A stretch of DNA of 64,000 nucleotides from an uncultured Chlamydiae bacterium. Its GTDB lineage: Bacteria > Chlamydiota > Chlamydiia > Chlamydiales > SM23-39. The stretch spans positions 32,001-96,000 of the forward strand of contig CAWHDP010000001.1 of NCBI GenBank assembly GCA_963828125.1, written 5' to 3'. Below the pieces are notes generated by a model. It ran no database searches, had not been told where the DNA came from, and saw only the letters and a list, made by a program, of their open reading frames with translations. A program made the position numbers and the translations under genes. Shown here in pieces: positions 24,311-34,351 of this stretch (positions are counted from its first letter, which is position 1; the number at the start of each line of letters is the position of its first letter).

Positions 24311-24331
24311 ATTTCGGGTGGCCGCAGTATA
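24284..24331. repeat. Family A palindromic repeat (48 bp); supplies the stop codon of the PTP-like ORF
   Basis: tatactgcggccaccccaaaagtgtgaatttcgggtggccgcagtata; encodes YTAATPKV*. Confidence 0.93.
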
Positions 24332-24351
24332 ACTTTTACTGGACATTGGCC

Positions 24352-25137
24352 CTAAAACCGGATCTCTCCATTGACGTCGATTGCGTTTTGATTAAAGACG
24401 CGCCATTCAAAGGAGAGCGAAGCCTTGCTAGAGTCGACTAAAGTTAGCCCTAGCGCCATCCCCCAATGTTTTTTCCCCACGATTGATTTAGACTCGAGAT
24501 CGACAATCTCATCCATATCGGGGAAGCGGACGAGTACGATAGGCGGGTCTGGTTGAATGTGGGTCAGAATATAAGTGGCGTTCACATAAGGGGCAAACAT
24601 CCAGGCTCGGTAGGACATTCCGAGCGCCCCTTGGATCTCTTTGTAGCGGAGACGGTAATTGCTCACGATATTATAAGCCATCCCATCGACCACGAAGTAT
24701 TTTGGTTTTTGATTGGTCTCAAAGTATTTTACATCGGCGCCGAAAAACAAATTTTTGTGCTTCAGCCAGACCAATTTGCTTCCAACAGCCCAACTCAGGG
24801 CCCTTTTTGTGAAAATTTCCTCATCGATTTGCAGCCGCGAACTACCGACGATTCCATATAAATCGAGCCGATTTTTAAAATTGAGCGTAGCGATCCCTGC
24901 GTAGGTAGAGAGTTTTAAAAAAGTACGGGTATGGGTGACCCCTTCGAGTTTAAATTCATCGCGGAACCGCTGTTTGTAGACCCAATCATCGAGATAGCCG
25001 ACCCGAAAAGAACACCAATAGCGCGGCGTCCAAATTCCCTTTTCAACCAAAATGGGTTGAGCAGGGTTGCCAACGAGCATGGCAGATAACGGAGAAAAAA
25101 GAAGGGAAAAAAGAGACCAGGCCAGCCCACGGATCAT
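24352..25137 (-). CDS. Chlamydial OmpA(MOMP)/PorB-family outer membrane protein
   Basis: Signal peptide then LVGNPAQP (cf. MOMP LPVGNPAEP), SFRVGY, terminal Phe (GEIRF). Confidence 0.8.
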   Translation of the reverse strand: MIRGLAWSLFSLLFSPLSAMLVGNPAQPILVEKGIWTPRYWCSFRVGYLDDWVYKQRFRDEFKLEGVTHTRTFLKLSTYAGIATLNFKNRLDLYGIVGSSRLQIDEEIFTKRALSWAVGSKLVWLKHKNLFFGADVKYFETNQKPKYFVVDGMAYNIVSNYRLRYKEIQGALGMSYRAWMFAPYVNATYILTHIQPDPPIVLVRFPDMDEIVDLESKSIVGKKHWGMALGLTLVDSSKASLSFEWRVFNQNAIDVNGEIRF

Positions 25138-25218
25138 AGATCCTTTATATTCGAAAAAAAAATGTTGCGCAATAAATTCCTGACTTCGGTATGGAACGAA
25201 TTAAAGGGGAGCGTTGAA

Positions 25219-25443
25219 ATGTCGCTAGGTGAAACGGTGGGTAAACTGGAAAATCTTCTTGGGGCGCTTGTGAAAGATCTCTCCAAGGTCATCCGTGGCA
25301 ATAAATCGGCAGCGCAACGAGCGAGGGTTGGGACGATTCATTTAGCAAAAATAGGCAAGCAATTTCGAAAAGAATCGGTGGATGCTGAGAAGAGCGGCAA
25401 ACTTCGCAAGCCGAAGAAAAAAGCCAAGAAAAGAAAGCGCTAA
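25219..25443 (+). CDS. hctA: Histone H1-like nucleoid protein Hc1, short form (74 aa)
   Basis: GNKSAAQRARVGTIHLAKIGKQFRKES resembles the Hc1 core GNKAAAQRVRTESIKLEK..YRKES; SD-like ggggag; lies next to rlmD-yajC as in Chlamydia. Confidence 0.88.
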   Translation: MSLGETVGKLENLLGALVKDLSKVIRGNKSAAQRARVGTIHLAKIGKQFRKESVDAEKSGKLRKPKKKAKKRKR

Positions 25444-25463
25444 ACCGCTATCATCGCTTCCTG

Positions 25464-26801
25464 ATGGAAGGATCTGTTCAAACTTTTTCTTTAAAAGGGT
25501 ATGGGATCGCGGACGAGGTGGAGATTGCCCATGTGATTCCTGGGGATCTGATCCTTTTTGAACTCACCCGCAAAAAACGGCTTCCCCAAAAAGGGCGTCT
25601 TCTAGAGATTCTCACCCCTTCGCCCGACCGGGTTGAGCCCCGTTGTCTGCATGCCCGCACCTGTGGCGGCTGCTCCTGGCAGCAGATGGCCTATTCAGCC
25701 CAGCTCAAAGAAAAAGAGCGGCGGGTTCAACAAGCCTTTCAGAGGGAATCTGATCCGATTATTCCCAGCCCCCAAATCTTTGGCTATCGGAATAAAATGG
25801 AGTTTACTTTTTCTGAAAATAGGGGAGGCCAGCGCTATCTTGGTCTCATGATTGCCCAAGCTGAACCCTACGTATTTAACCTCACCGAATGCCACCTCAC
25901 GAACCGCTGGTTTACAGACGCCCTTTCTGCTGTCCGCGCCTGGTGGGAGTCCTCTGGCCTCAGAGCCTATCATCCTCCGGCCGATACAGGGAGCCTTCGG
26001 TATTTGACCCTTCGCGAGGCCATCCGTACAGGGCAAAAGATGGCTATCCTCAACGTCTCAGGCAATTCTGAATACGCTCTAACCCGTCCTCAGCTTGACA
26101 GTTACACCCAGGCCATCCAAAGCGCGGTTCCAGGCGACACTTCGATTTTCCTCCGGATTCATCAGACCAAAAAAGGGCGTCCGACCCAATTTTTTGAGAT
26201 GCATCTGGCCGGCCCCGACCATATTGTGGAAGAGCTTCACCTCAAAGAGGGCCCCCTCTCCTTTAAAATCAGCCCCATCTCGTTTTTTCAACCCAATACC
26301 CTGGGCGCCGAGCAGCTCTACGACACAGCCCTCTCGATGCTCCCCCCCAGCTCTACTGTTTACGATTTGTATTGTGGAACAGGAACCCTGGGGATGGCTG
26401 CATCGAGACGAGTCGCAAAAGTGATCGGCATTGAACTGAGTCCCGAAGCGGTCATCGATGCTGAGGCGAATCTGCTCCGCAATAAAATCGGCAACATGGA
26501 ACTCCATCAAGGCGATGTGGGCAAGGTGTTGACGCGCCTCATGGCCGAGCCCACCTTCACCCGTCCCGACGCAGTCATCCTCGACCCTCCCCGAGCCGGC
26601 CTCGATCCTCTCGCCCTCCACCACCTAAAAACTTTACTTCCCAAGACCATCCTCTACATTTCGTGCAATCCCGCCACCCAAGCGGAGAATATTGCCGAGC
26701 TGATCAAAGCCCGCTACCAACTCAGGCGCCTGCAGCCCGTCGACCAATTTCCTCACACTTATCATATTGAGAATATCGCCCATCTTGAGCTTGATAGATA
26801 A
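25464..26801 (+). CDS. rlmD: 23S rRNA m5U methyltransferase (RlmD/TrmA family)
   Basis: C-x5-CGGC Fe-S motif, YRNKMEF, SFFQPN, DLYCGTG, DPPRAG, YISCNP, DQFPHT.HIE. Confidence 0.93.
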   Translation: MEGSVQTFSLKGYGIADEVEIAHVIPGDLILFELTRKKRLPQKGRLLEILTPSPDRVEPRCLHARTCGGCSWQQMAYSAQLKEKERRVQQAFQRESDPIIPSPQIFGYRNKMEFTFSENRGGQRYLGLMIAQAEPYVFNLTECHLTNRWFTDALSAVRAWWESSGLRAYHPPADTGSLRYLTLREAIRTGQKMAILNVSGNSEYALTRPQLDSYTQAIQSAVPGDTSIFLRIHQTKKGRPTQFFEMHLAGPDHIVEELHLKEGPLSFKISPISFFQPNTLGAEQLYDTALSMLPPSSTVYDLYCGTGTLGMAASRRVAKVIGIELSPEAVIDAEANLLRNKIGNMELHQGDVGKVLTRLMAEPTFTRPDAVILDPPRAGLDPLALHHLKTLLPKTILYISCNPATQAENIAELIKARYQLRRLQPVDQFPHTYHIENIAHLELDR

Positions 26802-26852
26802 AGGTCTCTTCAGGCAAATTGGGTGGGATAAAACCCTCTAAAGGAAATTTTT

Positions 26853-27209
26853 ATGTTTGGAAAATCTTTATTATTTCTTGCCCCTGCGGCAGCCATGTTT
26901 GCCCAAGACGCAGCTCCGAGCCCTGGCGGCGGGCTGACACAGACGTTGATTATGATTGGGATAGCCCTGGTGTTTTTCTATTTTATTTTGTGGCGTCCCG
27001 AGCAGAAGCGCCGTAAAGCTGCTGAGCAGATGCGCAGCGGCCTGAAGAAAGGCGATCGAGTGACAGCGATGGGCATTATTGGCAGAGTGGATAAGATCAA
27101 TGAGCAGACGGTGATATTGAAGATGGTCGAAGGGGCTAAAGTGGAGATTGTGAAAGCGGCGATTACCGACGTCCAGTCTTCTTCGGAAGAGGCGGCTGTC
27201 GAGTCTTAA
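26853..27209 (+). CDS. yajC: Preprotein translocase subunit YajC
   Basis: FFYFILWRPEQKRRK, LKKGDRV..MGIIG. Confidence 0.95.
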   Translation: MFGKSLLFLAPAAAMFAQDAAPSPGGGLTQTLIMIGIALVFFYFILWRPEQKRRKAAEQMRSGLKKGDRVTAMGIIGRVDKINEQTVILKMVEGAKVEIVKAAITDVQSSSEEAAVES

Positions 27210-27213
27210 TACT

Positions 27214-27242
27214 ACAAGCTCCGCAATCCTTGCGGAGCTTGT
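27214..27242. terminator. Hairpin between convergent yajC and the Q-rich gene
   Basis: acaagctccgcaa-tcc-ttgcggagcttgt perfect 13-bp stem. Confidence 0.75.
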
Positions 27243-28624
27243 TACCGATTATACCAGAATGCGAAGATAGCTCCTGCTATTATCACCACATTTGATGCGA
27301 TTGAGAGATAGCGTTCGCAAGCGCTACGCCTTTGGACGACTGGCGCTGGCGGCGCTAGTACCGGTGCGACCGGCGGCGCTGGAGGAGGGAACATGGTTTG
27401 TGCTATCGCTGCAGCATTTGCAGTTTGTGCTAGGGTTTCCCTGTTGCTTTGTTGCTGTTGCTGCTGTAATCGCTGTTGTTGTTCAGCTATCTGCTGATTG
27501 CGTCTGTATACTTGAAAATTTTGGAGGGTATTTTGCAAGGGGATGGCGACATTGTGCTGTTGCTGGTCCATTTGCTGTCCTTGACATAATGCCTCAGTAA
27601 GCCCTCGTTCCTGCGCCAGTAGGGTTTGTAGGTCATTGCGATGCCTGTTCTGGATCTGTGTTAAAGTCGCATTGTGATTCTGTTGTAGGACTTGTAATGC
27701 CTGTTGGTCCCCTTGGAAGGCGTTTAATGCGGTGTGAGTAGCTGTTTGCCACGCCTTGATGTCCTGTTGTTGCTGTTGGAGTAACTCTTTCTGATCTCGA
27801 TGAAACAGCTGCTGCTGCTTGCGTGCCTCGGTTTTTTGATTTTCGATCAATGTGCGTTGTGTTTGTAGAACGGGTATTTGTACAGCAAGAATTATTTCTG
27901 CTGCCAACATTTGGTTTAGGGCCACTTGATGATTTGCATCTGATTGCTCGAGCTCTAATGTGTCAGTGCGTTGCCGAGCGTCTAAATTTACTGTGTGTTG
28001 CTGAAGCAATATTTGTAGTGGGGTTTGGGGGGGAGCGGGAGGAAGAGCAGGCACTGGCTGCGCTTGTGGTTGTGGCTGTGGTTGTGGCTGTGGCTGTGGC
28101 TGTGGCTGTGGCTGTGGCTGTGGCTGTGGCTGTGGCTGTGGCTGTGGCTGTGGCTGTGGCTGTGGCTGTGGCTGTGGCTGTGGCTGTGGCTGTGGCTGTG
28201 GCTGTGGCTGTGGCTGTGGCTGTGGCTGTGGCTGTGGCTGTGGCTGTGGCTGTGGCTGTGCAGGCTGCCCGCCTTGGCCCGCCTGTGGCGATGCCCCAGT
28301 GAAATCTGGTTCAGGTGCATTTGGGTTAGCGAAGAAGATTGCAGCTTTGATGATTTCTCGATCATGGAAGTTGTCAACCATGTCGTAATATGTGAGCTTT
28401 CCCCCTATATTTACTATGAGAGCCACCCGACCCTCTGTCATTTGCCCCATTATTGCTGTAGGCTTCTGACCCTTAATTAATACTTGAAATGGGTTATATG
28501 CACAAAGACCGTCAAAAACTTTTTTCATTTGATCTGTTGTCTCTTTAGAGGCCGCTCCAGTCTTACTCCCTTGTTGGAAATAACTGTGAACCTTTGGTGG
28601 ATGTGATGATCCCACTGATGCCAT
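27242..28624 (-). CDS. Hypothetical Gln-rich protein with (PQ)n linker, coiled-coil-like region and C-terminal TM anchor
   Basis: 460-aa ORF, Ser-rich N-terminus, about 33 PQ repeats, C-terminal [19 protein letters not shown]. Confidence 0.8.
   Translation of the reverse strand: MASVGSSHPPKVHSYFQQGSKTGAASKETTDQMKKVFDGLCAYNPFQVLIKGQKPTAIMGQMTEGRVALIVNIGGKLTYYDMVDNFHDREIIKAAIFFANPNAPEPDFTGASPQAGQGGQPAQPQPQPQPQPQPQPQPQPQPQPQPQPQPQPQPQPQPQPQPQPQPQPQPQPQPQPQPQPQPQPQPQAQPVPALPPAPPQTPLQILLQQHTVNLDARQRTDTLELEQSDANHQVALNQMLAAEIILAVQIPVLQTQRTLIENQKTEARKQQQLFHRDQKELLQQQQQDIKAWQTATHTALNAFQGDQQALQVLQQNHNATLTQIQNRHRNDLQTLLAQERGLTEALCQGQQMDQQQHNVAIPLQNTLQNFQVYRRNQQIAEQQQRLQQQQQQSNRETLAQTANAAAIAQTMFPPPAPPVAPVLAPPAPVVQRRSACERYLSIASNVVIIAGAIFAFWYNR
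28064..28260. repeat. Hexanucleotide microsatellite (YTGTGG), about 33 units
   Basis: 28 perfect ctgtgg units from 28088, preceded by four units of which three are ttgtgg. Confidence 0.98.
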
Positions 28625-28690
28625 ATATCGCCATTTATAGTTTAATGAATCATACGAATTATATACGAATTATTATTAAAAAGAACTACA

Positions 28691-29842
28691 TTACTTATTA
28701 TTTGGATATAATGTTATTTGATCGATAGCCTGATTTGCAAGATCCAAGGCCTCTACATGGGTCTCTGTATCCTGCATCTCGATCCAAAGGACGGTGGCTT
28801 TTCGGGATCTTTTGGCGAGGTACCATAAGTCATTAGTTGTGCGTGGTTGAGCGCCCCAGCCTCCATCGCCGAGGTAGATGACGCCGCTGTCCCCGGAAGG
28901 GGCTATCTGACCGGCTTTAATGGAATAAGTTCTTTTGAAGGCGTGGTTGTGGTTTTCGAAGGCGGCGAGGAGGTTGTATTTTTCGAAAAGGGGGATCCAA
29001 TGGGCTCTGATTTTTTTTGGGGTGACTCCTTGGTAGGGGTAATGGGATGGGTAGGCGGCCTCGTGGTAAACGGCAAAGCGGTAGGGGGTGGCGGTTCGGG
29101 TGGAGAGGGCTTTTTCGAGCCAGAGGGTTTGGCGTCCCTCTATGGGTTGAAAGTGGCCGGTATCGAGGAGCAACAAGGTCATATAACTGCCGAAATCGAT
29201 GGCCCGGTATAATTGTTTTTGAGGAAAGGCGAAGAGGTTAAAAAACAGTTCGTAGTTGTCTGTGGCGATGTCGTGATTTCCGGGAACGACTAAAAACGGG
29301 ACGATCCGGCCCTCTGGCGTGATCATTGTCTCTTTCCATTCGTTCAAAAAAGAGATCCAGCGGCGTAGTGGAGAACCTTGAAAAGGGTGGCGCGAGAGGG
29401 CGTAGGCGAGATCTCCTCCGAGAACGGCGAAGAGCGGATCCCGTTTCATCACAGTTTGTCCCATCTTTCGGAACAATTTTTTGCTCAAGTACACATCGCC
29501 CCCGATGACAAAGCGGAGCGGTTCATTCAATTGATCAGGCGCTGTCTTAAACCGGTACATGCGGGAGTCGTCGACAATTTTGAATTGATACTCCCTATCT
29601 GGTGCGAGACCTTCTAATGCAACTGTATGAACTAGAATTTGCTCTAAATTGACGTGCTGTCCGCTCGCCTCCAACCAGTTCCCGTCGGCGTCCTCAAAGA
29701 CCACCTTGTCGCCGAGCTCTTCAACAGAACTCAACCACTGAATGGTCATTGTGGTGGACGGATCGCCATACCAAGAGAGGTAGACGGCCGACGCCTCGGC
29801 AAATAAAATCCAACTAGGAAGGAGAAAGAGGATACGCCACAT
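28691..29842 (-). CDS. Secreted purple-acid-phosphatase-like metallophosphoesterase with FN3-like N-domain
   Basis: Signal peptide, DPSTTMTIQW, GGD, GGDLAY, GNHD, ENHNH. Confidence 0.85.
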   Translation of the reverse strand: MWRILFLLPSWILFAEASAVYLSWYGDPSTTMTIQWLSSVEELGDKVVFEDADGNWLEASGQHVNLEQILVHTVALEGLAPDREYQFKIVDDSRMYRFKTAPDQLNEPLRFVIGGDVYLSKKLFRKMGQTVMKRDPLFAVLGGDLAYALSRHPFQGSPLRRWISFLNEWKETMITPEGRIVPFLVVPGNHDIATDNYELFFNLFAFPQKQLYRAIDFGSYMTLLLLDTGHFQPIEGRQTLWLEKALSTRTATPYRFAVYHEAAYPSHYPYQGVTPKKIRAHWIPLFEKYNLLAAFENHNHAFKRTYSIKAGQIAPSGDSGVIYLGDGGWGAQPRTTNDLWYLAKRSRKATVLWIEMQDTETHVEALDLANQAIDQITLYPNNK

Positions 29843-29846
29843 TTCC

Positions 29847-31613
29847 TCAAGCTAACAGAGCGGCGATTTTTTCCAAAATATCCGTTTGTCGAATGACGAC
29901 CTGTTCCATTTCTCGGGCGTCCATTTCTCGTTGCGAAAGGAGGGATAAATCGTAGACTCCTTGCGCGAGGGAGGCGGCAGCCTCGGGCTGTTTATCTTTC
30001 AGGCGGGCGATCGCCTGAATCAGTTTGCTGTTTGTATTCACAACAAACGTCTGTTTGGTTTTGATCCCGTTTCCGCTCTCTTTTTTTCCTTGAGTTAAGG
30101 TCATATAGTCCCGAAAACGGCGTTGATTTTCATCTAAAACGACCAAGCCTGGCAATCGATCTGAGGCGAGGCTTTTGGCCTCGACTTCGACGCCGCTCAG
30201 CGAATTCCGAATGAATTCAGCGATGCGGGCCGCCTCGGTTTTTCCATCGGCGTCCAACAAAGTTTTTTCTCGGGCCGCATCGATCACGCTCTCATCGATG
30301 GCTCCATCAATTCTCTGGAATTTTACCGACAACTTGTCTTCCAAAAACTGGATGACTGCGGTATCGATCGGGGCGGTTGCGAACAGAACCTCTTCTTTGT
30401 AGAGCTTGAGGAGGGGAGAGTGTTCGCTGACTGAATAGAAGATTTTTTTCTCTCCCGTGACGGGCGCCCATTCTCCTTTGGCGTTCTTCCAGATTAAGAC
30501 GTCCTTCACCCGTTCATAAAATTTCTCATCTTGCAAAATGCCCAGTTTGACAATCATTTCGATATCGGGCCAGGAGGCGATATATCTTTCTCGATCGGTT
30601 TTGTAGAATTGATTGAGCCGATCGGAAACTTTTTTAGAGATATGGGCGCTGAGCTGTTTGACATTTTTATCGACTTGCAGATACGAGCGGGAGACATTCA
30701 GAGGGATATCGGGGCTATCAATGGCTCCGCGCAAAATCATCAGATAATCGGGAAGGATCTCTTTGCAATGATCGGAGACAAAGACCCTGTTGCAAAAAAG
30801 CTGGATTGTGTTTTCATTGGAATCAAATCTTCGGTGGATTTTGGGGAAATAGAGAATCCCCTGCAAGTGGAACGGGTAGTCGACGTTCAAATGGATCCAG
30901 AAAATCGGTTCTGGATCGCGGGGGAAGAGCCTTCTATAAAATTCAAGGTACTCTTTTTCGGTGCATTCGCTGGGGGCTTTGAGCCAAAGGGGGTCTTGAT
31001 TGCCGAGTGGGTTGCCGTTCAGCTCGATAGGGAAAGGCATAAAAGCGCAATGCCGATTCAATAATTCTCGCAATTTGGACTCTTCTAGGTATTCAAGGCT
31101 TGCCTCGTCCACGTGAAGGGTGATCTTGGTTCCCCGCTCTGCTCGACTCCCTGCGTCAATCTCATAAGAGGAACTCCCGTCGCAGCTCCAGAAAACGGGC
31201 TTGGAATCCGGCAGATAGGAGAGGGTGTCGATCTCCACTTTGGAGGCTACCATGTAGGCCGAGTAGAAACCGAGGCCGAAGTGGCCGATGATCGGATCTT
31301 TCTCTGTTTGGGATTGATATTTGGCGACAAATTCCTCAGCGCCGGAAAAGGCGATCTGAGCGATGTATTTTTCCACCTCTTCTTCGGTCATGCCGACGCC
31401 CGTATCCACAATCGAAATGGTTTTACGGTCTTTGTCGACCTGGATCGAGATGTTGAATGCCCCTTCGTCGCCCAAAATAATGCGCACTTTGTTCAATGCG
31501 TCGCAGGCATTCGAAACGAGCTCGCGGATAAAAATGTCCTTATCGGAATAAAGCCATTTTTTGATGATCGGTAAGATGTTCTCTGAATGGATGGATAGGC
31601 TATTTTTTCTCAT
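29847..31613 (-). CDS. htpG: Hsp90 chaperone
   Basis: LYSDKDIFIRELVSNACDA, DTGVGM, IGHFGLGFYS, IPLNVSRS. Confidence 0.97.
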   Translation of the reverse strand: MRKNSLSIHSENILPIIKKWLYSDKDIFIRELVSNACDALNKVRIILGDEGAFNISIQVDKDRKTISIVDTGVGMTEEEVEKYIAQIAFSGAEEFVAKYQSQTEKDPIIGHFGLGFYSAYMVASKVEIDTLSYLPDSKPVFWSCDGSSSYEIDAGSRAERGTKITLHVDEASLEYLEESKLRELLNRHCAFMPFPIELNGNPLGNQDPLWLKAPSECTEKEYLEFYRRLFPRDPEPIFWIHLNVDYPFHLQGILYFPKIHRRFDSNENTIQLFCNRVFVSDHCKEILPDYLMILRGAIDSPDIPLNVSRSYLQVDKNVKQLSAHISKKVSDRLNQFYKTDRERYIASWPDIEMIVKLGILQDEKFYERVKDVLIWKNAKGEWAPVTGEKKIFYSVSEHSPLLKLYKEEVLFATAPIDTAVIQFLEDKLSVKFQRIDGAIDESVIDAAREKTLLDADGKTEAARIAEFIRNSLSGVEVEAKSLASDRLPGLVVLDENQRRFRDYMTLTQGKKESGNGIKTKQTFVVNTNSKLIQAIARLKDKQPEAAASLAQGVYDLSLLSQREMDAREMEQVVIRQTDILEKIAALLA

Positions 31614-31669
31614 AGTGCTGTATATTGAAAAACAAGGCCCCTTTTTTTGTCAACCGCATACCTTCGCCT

Positions 31670-31703
31670 TCCAGCAGCTCCCGCTGGAGCGGGAGCTGCT
31701 GGA
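31670..31703. repeat. Perfect GC-rich palindrome in the divergent htpG/nadE intergenic region
   Basis: tccagcagctcccgct-gg-agcgggagctgctgga. Confidence 0.85.
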
Positions 31704-31831
31704 TGCGATGAATCGCGCTTTCTTTAAAATCCTTTTTCCTGCTAAACTCACTTCCATCGCGATCACCCAGCGATCGTCTGAATATGACGCTTCTGGACGG
31801 CTCTATAGAGAAATTTGGGGAGAGTAACAAG

Positions 31832-33457
31832 ATGCGCATATTAGCAGCTCAGCTCAATCCGACCCTTGGCGATCTTCCGGGCAATAGCCGCAAAGTGATC
31901 GATGTGTTGCGGCGGGCGAAAGAGAAACGGATCGACGTCGTTCTTTTCCCTGAATTGACCCTATGCGGCTATTTTCCTGACGATCTTCTGCTCGACCCCT
32001 CTTTTATCGATGCCATCCAAGCGAAGCTGGATCTCATAGGGCCTGAGACGAAGGGGCTATTTGTCGCTGTGGGGTTGCCGCGATGGAATCCTTCGGGTCA
32101 GGCAAAGCCGCTTTTTAATAGCGCCGCTATTTTTGCCGACGGGCGGCTCCTCGGCTACAAAAATAAAACGCTCCTGCCCACTTATGACGTTTTCGATGAG
32201 CGGAGATATTTTGAACCGGGAGGGGAGGAGCCGATTTGGGAATATAAAGGCAAGCGGATTGCTGTAACGATCTGCGAAGATGTGTGGCAGCATGCGGGGG
32301 CTTTGGGCGGCTATTCCCATTATCATCGGGATCCGGTGGAGGAACTCAAGGCCCATCGCCCCGATCTCGTTTTAAATCTCTCTGGATCTCCTTATTACTT
32401 CCGTCGAACAGATATGCGTCTGGCTGTGTTCCAAACGGTAGCCAAAGCTCTTCGCTGCCCAGTGATTTTCTGCAATCAGGTGGGCGCCAACGATCAGTTG
32501 GTGTTTGATGGGCATAGTATGTATGTGGACGGGAACGGGGAGCTCATTCAGCGAGGGCGAGGATTTGTTGAGGAAGATTTAGTGGTCGATCTGGCTGAAG
32601 AGAGGAGACCCATACTGAAAGGGGATGATGCGATCGGAGATCTTTATGCGGCTTTAGTCCTCGGGGTGCGCGATTATTTCCATAAACAGGGTTTTAAAAA
32701 GGCTCTTGTCGGACTCTCAGGGGGGATCGATTCGGCGCTGGTGGCCTGCATTGCGAAGGAGGCTCTTGGGGCGGACAATCTTTTAGCGATCACGATGCCG
32801 TCCCGTTTTTCCTCAAAGGGGAGTGTAGAGGATTCTATCGAATTAGCGAAAATTTTGGGCGTTGAGATGCGGGAAATACCGATTGAGCCGATCTATAAGG
32901 AATATCTGGCTCTCTTAGAGCCGATGTTTCAAGGGCGGCCGTTTGATGAGACGGAGGAAAATCTTCAGTCGCGCATCCGGGGGATGATCCTCATGGCCTT
33001 GTCGAATAAATTCGGCTATATTCTTTTAAATACGGGGAATAAGACTGAAATGGCGATGGGCTACTGCACTTTGTATGGAGATATGGCGGGCGGACTCGGG
33101 GTTCTGCACGATGTGATGAAATTGCAGGTCTATCAATTGGCGAAAAAAATCGGGATCATTCCTGAGGCCATCTTAAAAAAGGTTCCGAGCGCTGAGCTCA
33201 GGGAAAATCAGACCGATTTAGATACGCTACCCCCTTTTGAGATCCTCGATCCGATTTTGGAGGATTACATTGAAAAACGGCTGAGCTTGGAGGAGATCGC
33301 CGCAAAACGGGGAGAGCCGCTCGCCTTCGTCCGGTCGATCGCCCATAGAGTCCATTTGGCTGAATATAAACGGCGTCAGGCTCCGATCGGCATTCGGGTG
33401 ACGGAGAAGGCGTTCAGTAAAGGGCGTATTGTCCCCATCGTGCAAAAATGGTTATAA
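31832..33457 (+). CDS. nadE: Glutamine-dependent NAD+ synthetase
   Basis: Nitrilase domain (FPEL, LPTYDVFDE, ICEDVW) plus GLSGGIDS, ENLQSRIRG, TGNKTE, PSAEL. Confidence 0.96.
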   Translation: MRILAAQLNPTLGDLPGNSRKVIDVLRRAKEKRIDVVLFPELTLCGYFPDDLLLDPSFIDAIQAKLDLIGPETKGLFVAVGLPRWNPSGQAKPLFNSAAIFADGRLLGYKNKTLLPTYDVFDERRYFEPGGEEPIWEYKGKRIAVTICEDVWQHAGALGGYSHYHRDPVEELKAHRPDLVLNLSGSPYYFRRTDMRLAVFQTVAKALRCPVIFCNQVGANDQLVFDGHSMYVDGNGELIQRGRGFVEEDLVVDLAEERRPILKGDDAIGDLYAALVLGVRDYFHKQGFKKALVGLSGGIDSALVACIAKEALGADNLLAITMPSRFSSKGSVEDSIELAKILGVEMREIPIEPIYKEYLALLEPMFQGRPFDETEENLQSRIRGMILMALSNKFGYILLNTGNKTEMAMGYCTLYGDMAGGLGVLHDVMKLQVYQLAKKIGIIPEAILKKVPSAELRENQTDLDTLPPFEILDPILEDYIEKRLSLEEIAAKRGEPLAFVRSIAHRVHLAEYKRRQAPIGIRVTEKAFSKGRIVPIVQKWL

Positions 33458-34351
33458 CTCGTCCCACCCAAAAGGGAGGATCGGGTGGATCGAGCGGAGT
33501 TTGTGGCGGAGCATGAGAGCGCGATCGAAACCGAGGGCGACGCCGCAGCAATCGGGGAGCGTCTTCAGGGCGGCGAGGAATTTTTCATCTAGCGCATAAG
33601 GGGCCTTCCCAGAGGCTGTCCGCTCTCTATTTTTTTGGATAAAACGGGAGCGCATTTCGTCCGGATCGGCCAGTTCATGGTAGCCGTTCGTCAGTTCAAT
33701 CCCTTCGTGATAAATTTCGTAACGCTCGGCGACGCATTCTCCGTTTTTCTCTCTGACGCAGGCGAGGGCTGCTTCATGGGGAGGGAAATCGGTCAGGACG
33801 GTCAGTTCGCCTTGGCCGAGTCTAGGCTCAATCTGATGGGAGATGAGATATTGGAGGCAGGTTTCCTTCGGCCAAGCGCTCTGGGTGAGCTTTTGCAACG
33901 CCTCAAGCGGGGCCCCGGCATAGTCGATCCCCACATAGGTCTCGAACGCTTCCCGATACCCGAGATAGCGGATCGGTTGTACCCCGAAAAAAAGGGACAA
34001 AAACTCACACGTCTCCTCGATCATCGCTTCGAAGGAGATATTCAGCCGATACCACTCGACCATCGTGAATTCAGGGTTATGAAGAGGGCCTAATTCCCCC
34101 TTCCGGTAAACGTGGCCGAGAAAATAACAATCGCCGATCCCTTCCGAGAGGAGTCTCTTTAACGCATATTCTGGAGAGGTGTGTAAAAAACCGCCATCTT
34201 GATCGACGCCTATGCACTCGATATTTGAGTCGAGAGGAGGGCGCCGGACAAGAGCGCCGCAATCGATCTCGAGAACATTTCTCTCGGCGAAGAAGGCCCT
34301 TGAGCGGGCAAGCATTTGGGCTCTACTCTTAAGGAGAGACGCGCGAGACAT
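33452..34351 (-). CDS. epmA: EF-P lysine (beta-lysine) ligase
   Basis: LHTSPEYALKRLL, HNPEFTMVEWY, ERYEIY..GIELTNGYHEL, GVALGFDR; adjacent to efp. Confidence 0.94.
   Translation of the reverse strand: MSRASLLKSRAQMLARSRAFFAERNVLEIDCGALVRRPPLDSNIECIGVDQDGGFLHTSPEYALKRLLSEGIGDCYFLGHVYRKGELGPLHNPEFTMVEWYRLNISFEAMIEETCEFLSLFFGVQPIRYLGYREAFETYVGIDYAGAPLEALQKLTQSAWPKETCLQYLISHQIEPRLGQGELTVLTDFPPHEAALACVREKNGECVAERYEIYHEGIELTNGYHELADPDEMRSRFIQKNRERTASGKAPYALDEKFLAALKTLPDCCGVALGFDRALMLRHKLRSIHPILPFGWDEL

Noticed and set aside
27823..28480. Poly-VA, poly-HS and poly-LW ORFs
   Set aside because: Alternative frames of the hexamer microsatellite; only the PQ frame has long unique flanks
31614..31660. 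CIRCE operator upstream of htpG
   Set aside because: Only a partial half-site (cagcact); no second arm at 9-bp spacing
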